Source: Thelocarpon superellum
Taxonomy: Eukaryota
Reading direction: 5' to 3'
Length of the DNA stretch: 60,382 nt
Assembly: GCA_026025795.1 (NCBI GenBank)
Contig: JAPEUG010000066.1
Location: forward strand, 1 to 60,382
The position numbers and the translations under genes were made by a program. Positions 13,523-25,771 of this stretch are shown piece by piece (the first letter of the stretch is position 1; every line of letters begins with the position of its first letter). The notes beneath the pieces were generated by a model. That model did not search any database. It saw only the letters and a list, made by a program, of their open reading frames with translations, and was not told the origin of the DNA.

Positions 13523-16500
13523 ATGGACTCCACCGTCCCGTTCGACCTAAACGAGTCGCTCAAGCACTATCTCAGCGACCCCGCCACCATCGCCACCCCC
13601 GAAGCCGACGCCGCCCTGGTGGATTGCGAGAATGAGCCCGAGTCCTTGACCAATGCCCTGGTCAACAGTGTGCTGAACCCTATCGTGGATGCCGTCGCGG
13701 AGAGCCCCGATGCCATCCTGCGGAGCGCCACGTTCGACTCGCTCCAATTCCTGCTCAAGTGCGCTCCTATTTCTCTCGTCCCTCACCAGAATGACTCCAC
13801 AGAACTCTTCTCTGAACGTTGCGCCTCCAGGTCCACCACCGTCCTTCCCACCCATGCCTTGAGCAAGATCCTCGATCTCGTCGTCTCCGGCCTGTCCACC
13901 GAGGCGGACATCATCCACAACGACCTCGAGACCGACGAACAGGACGCGGTCCAACACCACAAGACCCTGCTCGAAGCCTATGGCTTTCTCCTGCAGTGGA
14001 TGGTCGCCGCCGAGGAGACCCGTGCGCAAGAGAAGTCCGCCGCCGCACCCATCGCCAAGGCTCGCGGCACCGGAAGGGGCGCCAAAGCCAAGGCCACGGG
14101 CAAGGACGCCGCGTGGGATGCCACCCCACAGCTACAGGCCGCATTGGACACGATGTGCAAGGTGCTCAAGCTAAAGCTCGCAAGGATCTTCCTCACCACT
14201 TCCGAGCGGGACACATTTGTCAACCTCTTCACCCGCGCCGCCTATCTAGTGCTCGAGAGTGAGCAACGGGCCAAGAGCACGTCCATCCGCATGCATACCT
14301 TCAAGGTCCTTTGCATCGCCGTCAAACATCATGGCCATGCCTTTGGTAGGCCCCCGTCACGGCTCATGCTCCTCTTCTCCCCTTCACGCTGACGAGGCAG
14401 GGGCTCAAACGTCCATCATCCAGAACCTCTCGTATTTTGAGCATCTCCCCGAGCCCATGGCCGAATTCTTACATATCCTCGCCGAGCAATACGACTACCC
14501 GCAGCTGGCCGACGAGATCTTGCGAGAGCTGAGCACCAAGGAATTCAACAGCAACGATAGTCGAGGGCCCAAGTCCGTCTCCACCTTCATGATCAAGCTC
14601 TCCGAGTTGGCGCCGCGGCTGGTCATCAAGCAGATGACGCTGCTCGTCAAGCAACTCGACAGCGAGTCGTACACCCTTCGATGCGCCATCATCGAGGTCT
14701 GCGGCAATCTTATTGCCGACCTGACCAAGAACGATGAGCGCGGCGAGAACCACAAGTCGCAGATCAACGCCTTCTTCGACGTGCTCGAGGAGCGGTTCCT
14801 CGACGTGAACCCCTACTGCCGATGTCGCGCCATCCAGGTCTTCGTGAAGCTGTGCGAGCTCGAGACCAAATTCCCCAAGCGCCGACAGACCGCGGCCGAG
14901 CTGGCGGCGCGCAGCCTGGAGGACAAGAGCAGCAACGTGCGACGCAACGCCATCAAGCTGCTGGGCAAGCTCGTGTCGACCCATCCCTTTGGCGTCATGC
15001 ACGGCGGCCAGCTGGCATACCAGGAATGGGACGCGCGTCTCCAGGCGGTCGAGGCCGAGCTGAACGTGCTGAAGCCGCCGGCGGGATCGCCGGGCCTGGC
15101 GGAGAAGCGTGCGGCGCCCGATACCACCGTCGACGAGACGCTGCTCGACGAGCCGACTCGCGTCGACGCCGACGCCGACCCGGCCGCCGAGCCCGCTCCT
15201 CTGGCGGAAGAACAGGCGGCGGCCGCCATGCAGAAGGCGGCCGAGGAGGCCAGCACCTCGGAGGCCATGGCGCGCCTGCAGCTGACGCGACGATACTACG
15301 TCGAGGCCATCCGCTTCATCGAGGTGCTGCAGGGCGCCTCGACGACGGTGTGCCAGCTCCTCTCGGCCAAAAACAAGAGCGAGGTGATCGAGGCCATGGA
15401 CTTCTTTGTCATCATCGACGCCTACAAGATCGAGACGGCGCGGCTGGGCATCCGGCGCATGCTGCGCCTTATCTGGACCAAGGGCAACAGCGACGAGGGC
15501 AAGGGGGTGCAGAACCATCTGGTGGAGTGCTACAAGGGTCTCTTCTTTGACGCGCCCGACTCCTTCAGTCGCAACGACGCGGCCAATTACATCGCGCGCA
15601 ACATGATCAGCCTGACCTTTGGCGCCACCCCGGCTGAGCTGACCTCGCTCGAGCAGCTGCTCAGCAGCATGATGACCGCCGGGCACATCGGCGACCTGGT
15701 CATCGCCAAGCTGTGGCAGGTGTACGGCGTGCAGAAGAAGGACATCTCCAAGAACCAGCGCCGCGGTGCCATCATCGTGCTCGGCATGCTCGCCGTGGCC
15801 GAGGCCGACGTCGTCGTCAAGGAGATGGAGACGATGTTGCGCATCGGCCTCGGTGCCCTTGGTCGTGCCGATCTGGGCTTGGCCAAGTACACTTGCATCG
15901 CCCTGAAACGCATCAATCCCACCGGTCGCAAGGCCGCGGGTGAGTGATCCGGTCTGCGTTCTCGTTGCAGAAGAAAGCTGATCGTTGACAGCGTCCTCGT
16001 CCACGACCACGTCCAAGTTACCGCCCGACCATGCCATTCTCACCAAGCTATCCGCCATGGTGGAGGTGGTATCGGACAGTAAGGAGTGGTTCGGCGTATC
16101 CGAGCAAGCCATCGGGGCCATCTATGCCCTGTCCAATCACCCCGACGTCATCTGCTCCGCCATCGTCCGGCGCAAGACCAAGGCCGTCTTTCAGCAACGC
16201 GTGGCGGCCACGGAAGAGGATGGCTCGCCCGACGCGGCGCGCCTGACGTCGGTGTCAGACACGGCTCCGGCCCCGGCCCCGGTGCCGCAGCGAGGCGCTT
16301 CGGGACTGTCGCAGCTCCTCTTCATCGTGGGCCACGTCGCCATTAAGCAGATCGTGCATCTCGAGGTGTGTGAGTTGGACTTTAAGCGACGCAAGGTGGA
16401 GAAGGAGAAGGAAAAAGGGGCCACTCCCTCACCAGCCAAGGAGGCCAACAGCGAGTCGGACGACCTCGACCTGATCGGTGGCACGACCGAGGATGACTTC

Positions 16501-17345
16501 ACCGAGGCCATGGCGCACATCCGCGAGCGTGAGCTGCTGTACGGCGAACACTCGCTCCTGTCCAACTTCGGCCCGCTGGTGATGGAGATTTGCGGCAACA
16601 ACCACCTCTACCCGGACCGGAACCTCCAGGCGGCCGCGACGCTGTGCATGGCCAAGCTCATGTGCGTGTCGTCGGAGTTCTGCGAGAGCAACCTGCCGCT
16701 GCTCATCACCATCCTGGAGCGGTCGGACGACCCCATCACCCGCAGCAACGCGGTGATCGCGCTGGGCGACATGGCGGTGTGCTTCAATCACCTGATCGAC
16801 GAGAACACCGATTTCCTGTACCGTCGGCTGAACGACGCCGACGCCTCGGTCAAGCGCACATGTCTCATGACGCTGACCTTTCTGATCTTGGCCGGCCAGG
16901 TCAAGGTCAAGGGGCAGCTGGGCGAGATGGCCAAATGTCTCGAGGACTCGGACAAGCGCATCGCCGACTTGTCCCGCATGTTCTTCACCGAGCTAGCCAC
17001 CAAGGACAACGCCGTGTACAATCACTTTGTCGACATGTTCTCCCTGCTCTCGGCCGAGAAGGAGCTGGAGGAGGATGCCTTGCGACGGATCGTCAAGTTC
17101 TTGGCCTCGTTCATCGAAAAGGTCCGCTTGCGCTCCTTGGCCATATGTTTTCATGCAGTCACTGACCAGGGCAGGACAAACACGCCAAGCAACTGGCCGA
17201 TAAGCTGGCCGCCCGGCTCGCGCGTTGCGAGAGCGAACGACAGTGGAACGATGTGGCCTACGCGCTGTCATTGCTACAGCATAAGAATGAGGAGATTCAG
17301 AAGACCGTCAGCGCCGGCTTCCGCGTCGTGCAAGCGAATGCCTAG
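13523..17345 (+). CDS. YCS4: Condensin complex subunit 1 (Cnd1/Ycs4/CAP-D2)
   Basis: Exons 13523-13758, 13831-14345, 14401-15939, 15992-17121, 17175-17345. HEAT-repeat protein with ERFLDVNPYCR, LEDKSSNVRRNAIKL and TLTFLILAGQVKVKGQLGEMAKCL. Confidence 0.95.
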
Positions 17346-18103
17346 GGAGGTACCGTCATTGGGGCGTTGGAGTTGGTGGCGGTTGGGTGATCTTGCGTTT
17401 GTCCCTCCTCGGCCTCGGCGAACCCATAGCCGGCGCCTTCGCGGAGGTAGAGGAGAAAGCGAAAGGCCGTATTGCCATTGAGATAGTAGCGATGCAAGCT
17501 TTTGCTGCGGAGGAATCCCAGTCGTTCGTAGAGCTTCATGGCCGCGGTGTTGGTGACTTCGGTCTCGAGGGCAATCTAAGGTTTTCACTCAGCAACCGCC
17601 ATGCTCATGTTGGACTGACCTACCTCGTCGGCGTCCCGCTTGATCATGGCGTCGATAGCCATGCGGACCAACTTGGTCGCTGCGTGCATCAGTCACGGAT
17701 CCACGCGCATGATGCTGCCACGTACCGATGCCCCGCCCACGATACTCTTCCTTGACCGCCAACATGGCAATGTAGCCTCTCGAGGTGCCCGACCGATGTG
17801 GCTCCAGCTTGGAGATGACCACGCCGACCAGTTGCTCTTCTTCATCCAGCGTCTATGGGGGCGGAGCGTGAGTGGGTGTCGGATCATTACTGATTGGAGA
17901 TAGGTCATGGTGGTAGACAGTACTCGTACCATGAAACAAAGATCACCCCACTGGTAGAGGAAGAAGCGGTAGACATAGATGCTATAGGGCTCCGACAGGT
18001 CGTGGGAGATCAGTTGTCGGATCGCTGATAGGTATCTGGCTTCTTTGCTGCTGTCGTATTGCACGTAGCTGAGGTGGGTCGTGCTGGACAGGGTGCGGGG
18101 CAT
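17342..18103 (-). CDS. MAK3: NatC N-terminal acetyltransferase catalytic subunit (Naa30)
   Basis: Exons 18103-17930, 17852-17726, 17679-17624, 17575-17342. DLSEPYSIYVYRFFLYQW, RGYIAMLAV..EYRGRGIA, LETEVTNTAAMKLYERLGF, RYYLNG. Confidence 0.95.
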
Positions 18104-18313
18104 GTTGGAATGTCCTCCGGATTGGGCTTGACACTCTTCTACAGGATCGTCATTCCACGGAAGGTGACCCTGTCCATCCACACGAACGTAGCGTGGAGCT
18201 TAGAAGAATATTTAGGGAGTGCCTCGCGACTTTTAGGAAGGATCCGCAGTCGTGGGGACCCTCGTCATAGTTGGCGTTGTAGTGTTGGTGGTCGCCGCAT
18301 GTGATCACCAGGG

Positions 18314-18346
18314 GCGGGAGCCAAGCGGGAGCCAAGCGGGAGCCAG
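18314..18346 (+). repeat. 3x 11-nt tandem repeat GCGGGAGCCAR in the MAK3/LRO1 divergent promoter
   Basis: gcgggagccaa gcgggagccaa gcgggagccag, read directly. Confidence 0.85.
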
Positions 18347-18513
18347 GCGGACACAGACGATAAACACCAAACACCGATAGCGGGACCAACGCTGGTACGG
18401 GAGCTTCGGATCTTTGAGGGCAACGAACCAGCCGTCCAAGGGTAGGAGCTGTGGTCAACACAGTCGGATATCCCGCACTCCCTTTCCCATGTAGTCACTT
18501 GCACAGCAGCACC

Positions 18514-20527
18514 ATGTCCTCTCTCCGACGTCGACTCTTCGGAGACAGCTCAGCTTCCTCACGATCCTCGACGCCCGACACCTCCACCAAAGAAGAAGTG
18601 CGCTTGGTGCCCGTCAGCAAGCTCAAGCCGCGGCGTGGGACGAAACGGCGGCATGGCTTCGTCTTTACCCTGGGCGGCGTCTTTGGCATCGTGCTGGCCG
18701 CGTTCTTCGCCAACCGACACGATGTCATCCATCTCGACATGTTGGCTGACCTAAATCTGGAGAGCTTCCTGGACGTGATTCCCGCGGGAATCTTGAAGGA
18801 TGCCAAGGATATCCAGGTGAGCTGCGGCGGGACTGAGGAAGCGAAACTTGATCCTGACAAAGGCTGACATCACCCAGCAACATGAGCGCGAAACGGTCAA
18901 CTACGATTCCTTCTCGGTGGGACTACAGCTGCGAGCGCAAGGCATCACGGCGTCGCATCCCGTCGTCATGATTCCCGGGGTGATCTCGACGGGACTGGAG
19001 AGCTGGGGCACGGAGCCGGAGTCGCGGCAATACTTTCGCAAGCGTCTTTGGGGCAGCTGGGGGATGATGCGGGCGTTGATCTTGGACAAGGCGTCGTGGA
19101 AGAAACACATCATGCTCGACAAGGTCACGGGCCTCGATCCGCCGGGGATCAAGCTCCGGGCGGCCCAAGGCTTCGACGCGACGGATTTTTTCGTGACGGG
19201 ATACTGGATCTGGAACAAGATCCTGGAGAACCTGGCCAGCATCGGCTACGACCCGACCAACTCCTTCACGGCGGCGTATGACTGGCGTCTGGCCTACCTG
19301 AACCTCGAAGTGCGCGACCAATACTTTACCCGCTTGAAGGTGTACGTCGAGACGGCGGTGCGCATCTCCGGCAAGAAGTCGGTGCTGGTCTCACACAGCA
19401 TGGGCTCGCAGGTGCTCTTTTACTTTCTCAAGTGGGTGGAGTCGCCCGAGCACGGGGGAGGCGGCCCGAACTGGGTGGAGGAGCACGTGGATTCGTGGAT
19501 CAACATCAGCGGGTGCATGCTGGGGGCGCTGAAGAGCCTCCCGGCGGTCTTGTCAGGCGAGATGCGGGACACGGCGCAGCTCAACACGTTCGCGGTGTAC
19601 GGGCTCGAGCGGTTCCTCAGCCGCGAGGAGCGCGTGGAGCTCTTTCGGGCCATGCCGGGCATCTCGTCCATGCTCCCCAAAGGCGGCAACGCCGTGTGGG
19701 GCAACAAGACGTGGGCGCCGGACGACCGCGACGGCAACGCCGTGAGCTTCGGCACCTTCATCAACTTTCGCGAAAGCAACTCCACCCAATCTCCCGCCAA
19801 CCTCACCGTGGACGAGAGCATGGCCTACCTGGAGGAACACAGCGACACGTGGTACCGCGAGCAACTACTCAGCAACTACTCGCACGGGGTGGCACATGGC
19901 AAACGCGAAGTAGAAGCGAACGAGCACGACCCACGCAGGTGGATCAACCCCCTCGAAAGCCGACTCCCGCTGGCGCCCAGCCTGAAGGTCTACTGTTTCT
20001 ACGGGATCAACAAGCCGACGGAACGGACGTATTTCTACCGCGAGGCGCAGGACCCCACCAGCTCGCTGAACGTCACCATCGACACGGGCCTGACGCAGGG
20101 CGAGGTCGACCATGGCATCACGCTCGGCGAGGGCGACGGGACCGTGTCCCTGCTCAGTCTCGGATACATGTGCGCGCGCGGATGGCATATCAAGCGATAC
20201 AACCCGGCCGGTGTCCGGATCACGTCTTACGAGATGCCCCACGAGCCTGATCGATTCAGTCCGAGGGGTGGGCCTAACACGGGTGGGACTGCCCTCTTCA
20301 TGCCACGGTTTTGCTTGTGGCTGTTTCATCTCCACCACCACATCCAGTGGAAGACCAGCACTGACAGGTGAGAAATAGGCGAACACGTAGACATCCTCGG
20401 GCGAGCATCACTCAACGAGCTCATCCTGCGCGTGGCAGCCGGCAAGGGCGAAGACATTGAAGAGACTTTCTTCAGTGATATCCGCGCCTATTCCGACCGA
20501 GTCCAGATCTTCGATGACGATGTTTAA
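18514..20527 (+). CDS. LRO1: Phospholipid:diacylglycerol acyltransferase (PDAT, LCAT family)
   Basis: Exons 18514-18816, 18878-20282, 20379-20527. N-terminal TM; HPVVMIPGVISTGLESW; nucleophile motif VSHSMG; GEGDGTVSLLS; EHVDILG. Confidence 0.95.
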
Positions 20528-20686
20528 CTACTTTGCTCTGCAAGACGTCTGTTATTGTGTCATCATATGGTTGACTTGTGTAGATATTTACAGACACCCA
20601 AGATAATTCACTCACCGCCTCCACCTCCAACTCGTACACTGTATAGAATATGATCACGGGATATGGCGGGATAAGACGAGACGAAA

Positions 20687-21712
20687 TCAACATCGCCCGT
20701 ATACGTCACAATAGCATTGCTTGACCTCCGGACAGCTGTTGCCAATTAGCCATCCATTTCCCGCAAGATGTTCCACGTCGAGAGGACATCAGAGCAGAAG
20801 GGACAGCCCGGAGAGAGGGCGGGCAAAGGGAGGTCGACTCACTACACAGGATCCATGCCAAAAATGACATGCCACGAGAACTCAAACACGCGGCCACTCT
20901 TTGCATCCTGCAACTCCGTATTCAGCAACCAGTCACGATACGCCACATACTCCTCTCTTCTTCTCGCGCGCACGCGGTCTCTCGACACGGCAAATTGGGC
21001 GCAGCAGGCGGCGGCGACGCGATCCGGAAACGGCGTGGCGTTCCCAAAGAGCATCGACCACGTGAGCGGCGTGACGTGGGCATTGGCTCGCTCCGGGTGC
21101 ACGCACCCCGGCTTCCAGGCACAGCGCAGATTGACGTATCCATTGCGCTGGACGAAGGCGAGCTGGAGATGGTGCAGCGCGGCAGGGTTGGAAAAGGCCG
21201 CGGCGTCCGTGTGCCACGAGTGCCACCATGACAAGTAGCTGCCGCGGTGCGAGTGGACAAAGGCCATGGTGGCGGGAAGCGCGTCGTAGTGCTCGATGAT
21301 GTAGGAGAGGTACGCCATCGCTTCGTGCCCTTTGTTCGCCGGCGTGTGCAGCGGCGCGGTCGCGTCGTCGACGCTGTAGATAGCCCGTTGCCATCTATGC
21401 CGTGCATGTGCCACGGTGGGGCGTCGCGTCAGCGAGATGCGATGGCCATTGGGCTGAGACATGGATGAAAGCGAGGGGGAGGACGTACGACGGGAGCTCT
21501 TCCGCTACCCAGTCCGTGTTCTCGCGCCGTGTCTTGGCCATCACCACGACCTTGTCGCCGACCGAGACCTCCGTGCCGGGGCGGGGCTTGTAGCTAGCCC
21601 CGCCCACCCGCAACGTCTCGAGGAATCGATCGCCGTGGTAGTGGTATATCAGGAAGAAGGCCGTCGTCAGGAGGCAGACCAGCACCCCGATGCGGATCAG
21701 GAACCGTGACAT
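20687..21712 (-). CDS. DUF3431-family protein (signal anchor, fungal)
   Basis: Exons 21712-21489, 21394-20843, 20735-20687. NKGHEAMAYLSYIIEHYDALP, WHTD, GYVNLRC, ACCAQFAVSRDRV, GRVFEFSWHVIFG, terminal CPEVKQCYCDVYGRC. Confidence 0.88.
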
Positions 21713-22110
21713 GGGTCCTGGCGGCGCGTGGGGCGACCGTGGCCGTGCCTAATGGGTAGTGACACTGCGTGCGAGAGAGACACGATCAGACATGCACCGG
21801 TGATGTCATACACGCATGCTTTCAATCGTCCATATTGAATTCGTCATGATAATATGAGAGCCATGATGCCTCACTCCGATGACGCAGAGTGTTGTTGCGC
21901 GACGACGATCCCATCTGAACAGCCGAAGATGGAGGGCTCCAGGCACGTCGTTCCCGATCTTTGTCGGGGGGTCGGCAAGGTCTACCGAGGACCCTGGACT
22001 CGGGCCGCGCTCTTTGACACACGCTATTCAGAGCCAATGAAAGCGCCCAGACCGTCCACCTCCCCCATCCTGTCGAGCACGACCTTGGAGATAGCTCCAT
22101 CATTACGAGG

Positions 22111-23117
22111 CTATGGCTTGCGACCTGTCGAAACAATCGCAAGCCAATGCGTGTCAAAGGGCTTCTCCGCCGCATAATGCTCCGCCACGTATTTGCGTAC
22201 CGCCGGCTCAATCCGCGGTCCAAACTTCTTCTTTTGCTCCTCATCCCACAGCCAATTGGTGACGAGGATGGTCATGGGGGCAACAGATTTCCAGTAATCG
22301 TTGACGTCCTGCACCAAGCCGGCGAAAGGCACTTTCTTGACCTCGACGTCGACGAACCCCTGCTTGTGGAGCTGTTGCTCGCAGTATTCCACGTCATGCC
22401 ATGGCGGCCGCGCACCCCGTGCCGTGAAAAAGGCCTCTTGTTCTGGTAGCTGGGGCGCGTCTGCAATGTCGGCGAATGCCCCGCGGAAGTCGTCGTACCA
22501 TCCCGTGCTCTGCCAGCTCGTCAGGCCAATGATCCCGCCCGATTTCAGCATCCGCCAGCACTCTATCCTCTCCCACGTTAGCCCTGCCGATCCCCTTCTC
22601 CGATCGGGCCGTCCACGAGCTTACCGGGCAGGAATTTGTCGGACTCGCCCATGGATTGAACCCCAAAATTGGTCAGGACGTGAGTCAAGTAGTCATCGGC
22701 GATCCCGGTGTTCTATCAGGGAGAGACGTCAGGTAAGAGGTTCGGCCAGATCGAATCTCGCCCGCATACCTGCGCGTCCACTACGCGGGCCTCCGCACCT
22801 TTCCACCCGAACTCCTGAATCGATTGCGACGCGGCCTGAACCATGACCCCCGCGGTGTCACCGCAAGTCAATCGGATCGTCTCCTTGCTCTCGTCGTCCA
22901 ACATGCTATACAGCGTCTCCGCCACAATCCCCGTCCCACACGCGTTGTCCAGCACGACGAGGGTTTGCTCGCGCGGGTGACGCGGAGGCAGACCAGCTTG
23001 CTCGATCATGACTTTGGCGTAGGGCCCCATGACCCGGCGCGCCGCTTCTCTCATCATTTGCACTCGTTCAGGAGCCTGGAAGAAGGAGGCGGCTATGGCC
23101 GGTCGTCCGGTGGTCAT
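22111..23117 (-). CDS. Class I SAM-dependent methyltransferase (UbiE/COQ5-like fungal family)
   Basis: Exons 23117-22770, 22712-22625, 22562-22111. Motif I VVLDNACGTG; LTCGD; THVLTNFG; ECWRMLKSGG. Confidence 0.88.
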
Positions 23118-23762
23118 GTTGGCGGGCGGGGTGGAACTTAGGACCAATGACTGGCAAGAGGGAAAGGGAGCGGGAAATAGACGTAACAAGAGCCCTACGT
23201 CGGACAGTTATCAATCAGTACATGTGGGATGGCTCTGCAGCCCGGACCAGCCGGAGCTTTATACCCCTCAGTGAATACCGTCACCGGCACCATACGTACG
23301 CACTACTCGGGGTGTCTATGCCGAGATGCCGGCGTTAAGTCGCCGACTATGACGCCAAGCTCCTGCAAGTGTCTGGGGGCGAAAAACGGCAGCACCATCA
23401 GCAACCCGCAAAGATTTCCCGTCAAAGCCTACGACACTGCATCTCCCATACGGATACGATGGTCCTCTAGAAGATCGACTCTCCCTTCATTCGCGTTCGC
23501 CTTCACATTCGCCTATCCGTGCGATACCCTGATCCTCGCTCCCGGCCGTGTAAGTGCAACAGGTATCAAAGACAAGATCATCCTCACATCAGCATCCCGC
23601 GTGAGATTGGACCGCTGACCACCGACACATGCCCACGGACAATGAGCTTCTCTGGACGGCCATGGTGAGATCGAAACGGCTGACCAACGCCCGATCCATC
23701 GACGTCATGAAAGTAGACGGCCAAGACGCCACGACACATCCCACCACATTTCACAAGGCTGA

Positions 23763-24224
23763 CTAGCGTGAAGATCTATAGATGGTCAGCCTTCGTTGCC
23801 GGATGTGTTCTCCGATCGAGCATCGTACGCTTTCCGTGGCTCCGCGACCTGAGCCTCCTTGTTCCAAAACCGACTTCGATATGCCGGCCAGGTCGAGTAG
23901 TTCCAGGCCTTGACGAGGACACTGCCAGAGACGTTAGGCTCAATTCGTCTCCGCCCATGTGAAGCAGCCGTACCTTTGCGTTCGATCGACGTAGTTCTCC
24001 GTATTGAGCTCCTTCACGCCCACCTTCATGCCATCCTTGGTAAAGACGACATGCTTCTTCTCCAGCTTCTTGTTGGTCGAGTCGGCAATGCTGTTCATGA
24101 TGGCGTAGCAATGGTAGCCCACGAAGGCAAATGCGCCCAGAACGAAGAAGAGGATGATCAGGGGCAGCAGCTTGACGAAGGCTGAGGTAGGAGGGGGCGG
24201 TGTCGACTGGGAGCCCCACGCCAT
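23763..24224 (-). CDS. Small single-TM conserved fungal hypothetical protein
   Basis: Exons 24224-23974, 23921-23829 and probably 23775-23763. TM LLPLIILFFVLGAFAFVGY, then KKHVVFTKDGMKVGVKE...YVDRTQSVLVKAWN. The last intron is less certain. Confidence 0.75.
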
Positions 24225-25771
24225 GGTGCTCGAGCGAGGGGAGCCAACGGAGGAGCGGAGCTGGGAATCGAAGAACTAGACGCTGGTTCGACAGACGATG
24301 AGAGTGGGCGTCGAGTGCGATGGAGGGAACGGAAGGGAAGATAGGGAGCTGATCGCGTGCGTGGCCGAAAGGGAGGTGGAGAGACCAGCTGAAGCGATCG
24401 ACTTGAGGTCCAGCCGAGTCGGCGTGCCGGGCCCGTTTTAGGCGCAGCGGAGTAACGTTAACAATTCATTAGGAACTCAGATTGGGGACACGGTCCGTGC
24501 AGCTAGGGTCCAGGCATCTTGGCGTGCGGACCCTCAGCGACCTAGACGCCGGGAGGCACACTTGCGGCATTTGAATCTCGTGAAGCAGCCCGCGCTGATA
24601 TGGCTCAGAATGATGGGCCCAAGGCGACGATTGAATCTCTGTCGCATTCAGCCTGTGACTGACACCATGATGTTGTAGCCGCGCATGGGGAGCGACGTCG
24701 GTCCGGGGAGAACGTCCGTGTGGAATACAAGCTCACCTTGAAGCAGTACTTCCTCCTATTACTATATTACTGCTACTCTAACATAGTATGTTAGCAGTGG
24801 TAGTAATTCCTGAGACTTACGCATCGTAACGTACGAGTACTTTGTACTCTCGGTCCGCCACTCTTCCGTCTAGAAGGTTGAGTGCGTATCTCCTGCTCCG
24901 ACAACCCAGGTGCACCCGTTTACGAATCTACCCTCGTCTTCAGCAAGAGCAAGCAATTGCTTCCTCGACTGAAGCCAAGGCAAGCAGACAATCATGTCAT
25001 TGTATTAGAGGCAGCTTGAATACATCCGATCCGCCTTTAGCGCCGGTCTTTTCTTCGTTGCAAATCCCAGATAGTCTGGCAACTCCGTGATGTTGAACTC
25101 TTCGTGTGGAACAGCGACACGCTTGACGGAGCACACATCCGTTCAGGCAGCCGTGGCAGGTGGTGATGACCACGGACTCGACCAGCGTCTGCCTTCCCAA
25201 GAATGCGATTCTTCGAAAGAGGATAATGTTGTGCGACCCATTATGGACGAATGACTTACAGAACTGGGAGCACAACGATGTGACGATGGGATCGTGGACT
25301 ATGGCGTGGTGGGAGTGTCTCCTGTCCCAAGTGGAATCATGGACACGTCGCTCCTCGGCGATCACTCTATTTCGGCCAGGCTGCAGGCCAACCAGGGCTT
25401 GGCGTAGTTGGTGCAAGTATGCCCCCGTAGTACTTCTGCCCGTACCAGGCTAGAGAGCGAGTGCGAGTACTCGTCAGCCTTTCGCGCTTCACCATAGTAC
25501 GGTCGACTGCGTGGTATGCGGAACGTGGTGGCAGAAAGCCACGGCGCCACAGACCCACGGAGCTAAGTCGGTGAGCTTGATCGCAGCCGGATGACCTCTG
25601 TCCCAAACGTCTCGAGGCCGTGAAAAGCTACCCTCCAGCTTAGGGATTTCGTGGACGGATCATCGCCGCCACGACACCCGACTGTACCTCGATCCAAGCT
25701 CCCTCGCGGAGAGGACACACCGTGGACGACCTGTCGCAGACCGGCCGGACCCAGACGTCGTTCGAGGTGCG

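Noticed and set aside
20361..20378. CTGACAG|GTGAGA inside LRO1 intron 2 resembling a recursive splice site
   Set aside because: The CAG overlaps the branch sequence and the remainder is only 11 nt; the downstream TAG restores the conserved EHVDILG.
24605..24665. ATGATG...CTGA as a possible box C/D snoRNA
   Set aside because: Imperfect box C, no convincing terminal stem, and no guide sequence that I can match to rRNA.
24990..25610. Short ORFs in the spacer upstream of SEC24 as a gene or pseudogene
   Set aside because: No recognisable motif, codon bias or consistent splice structure on either strand.
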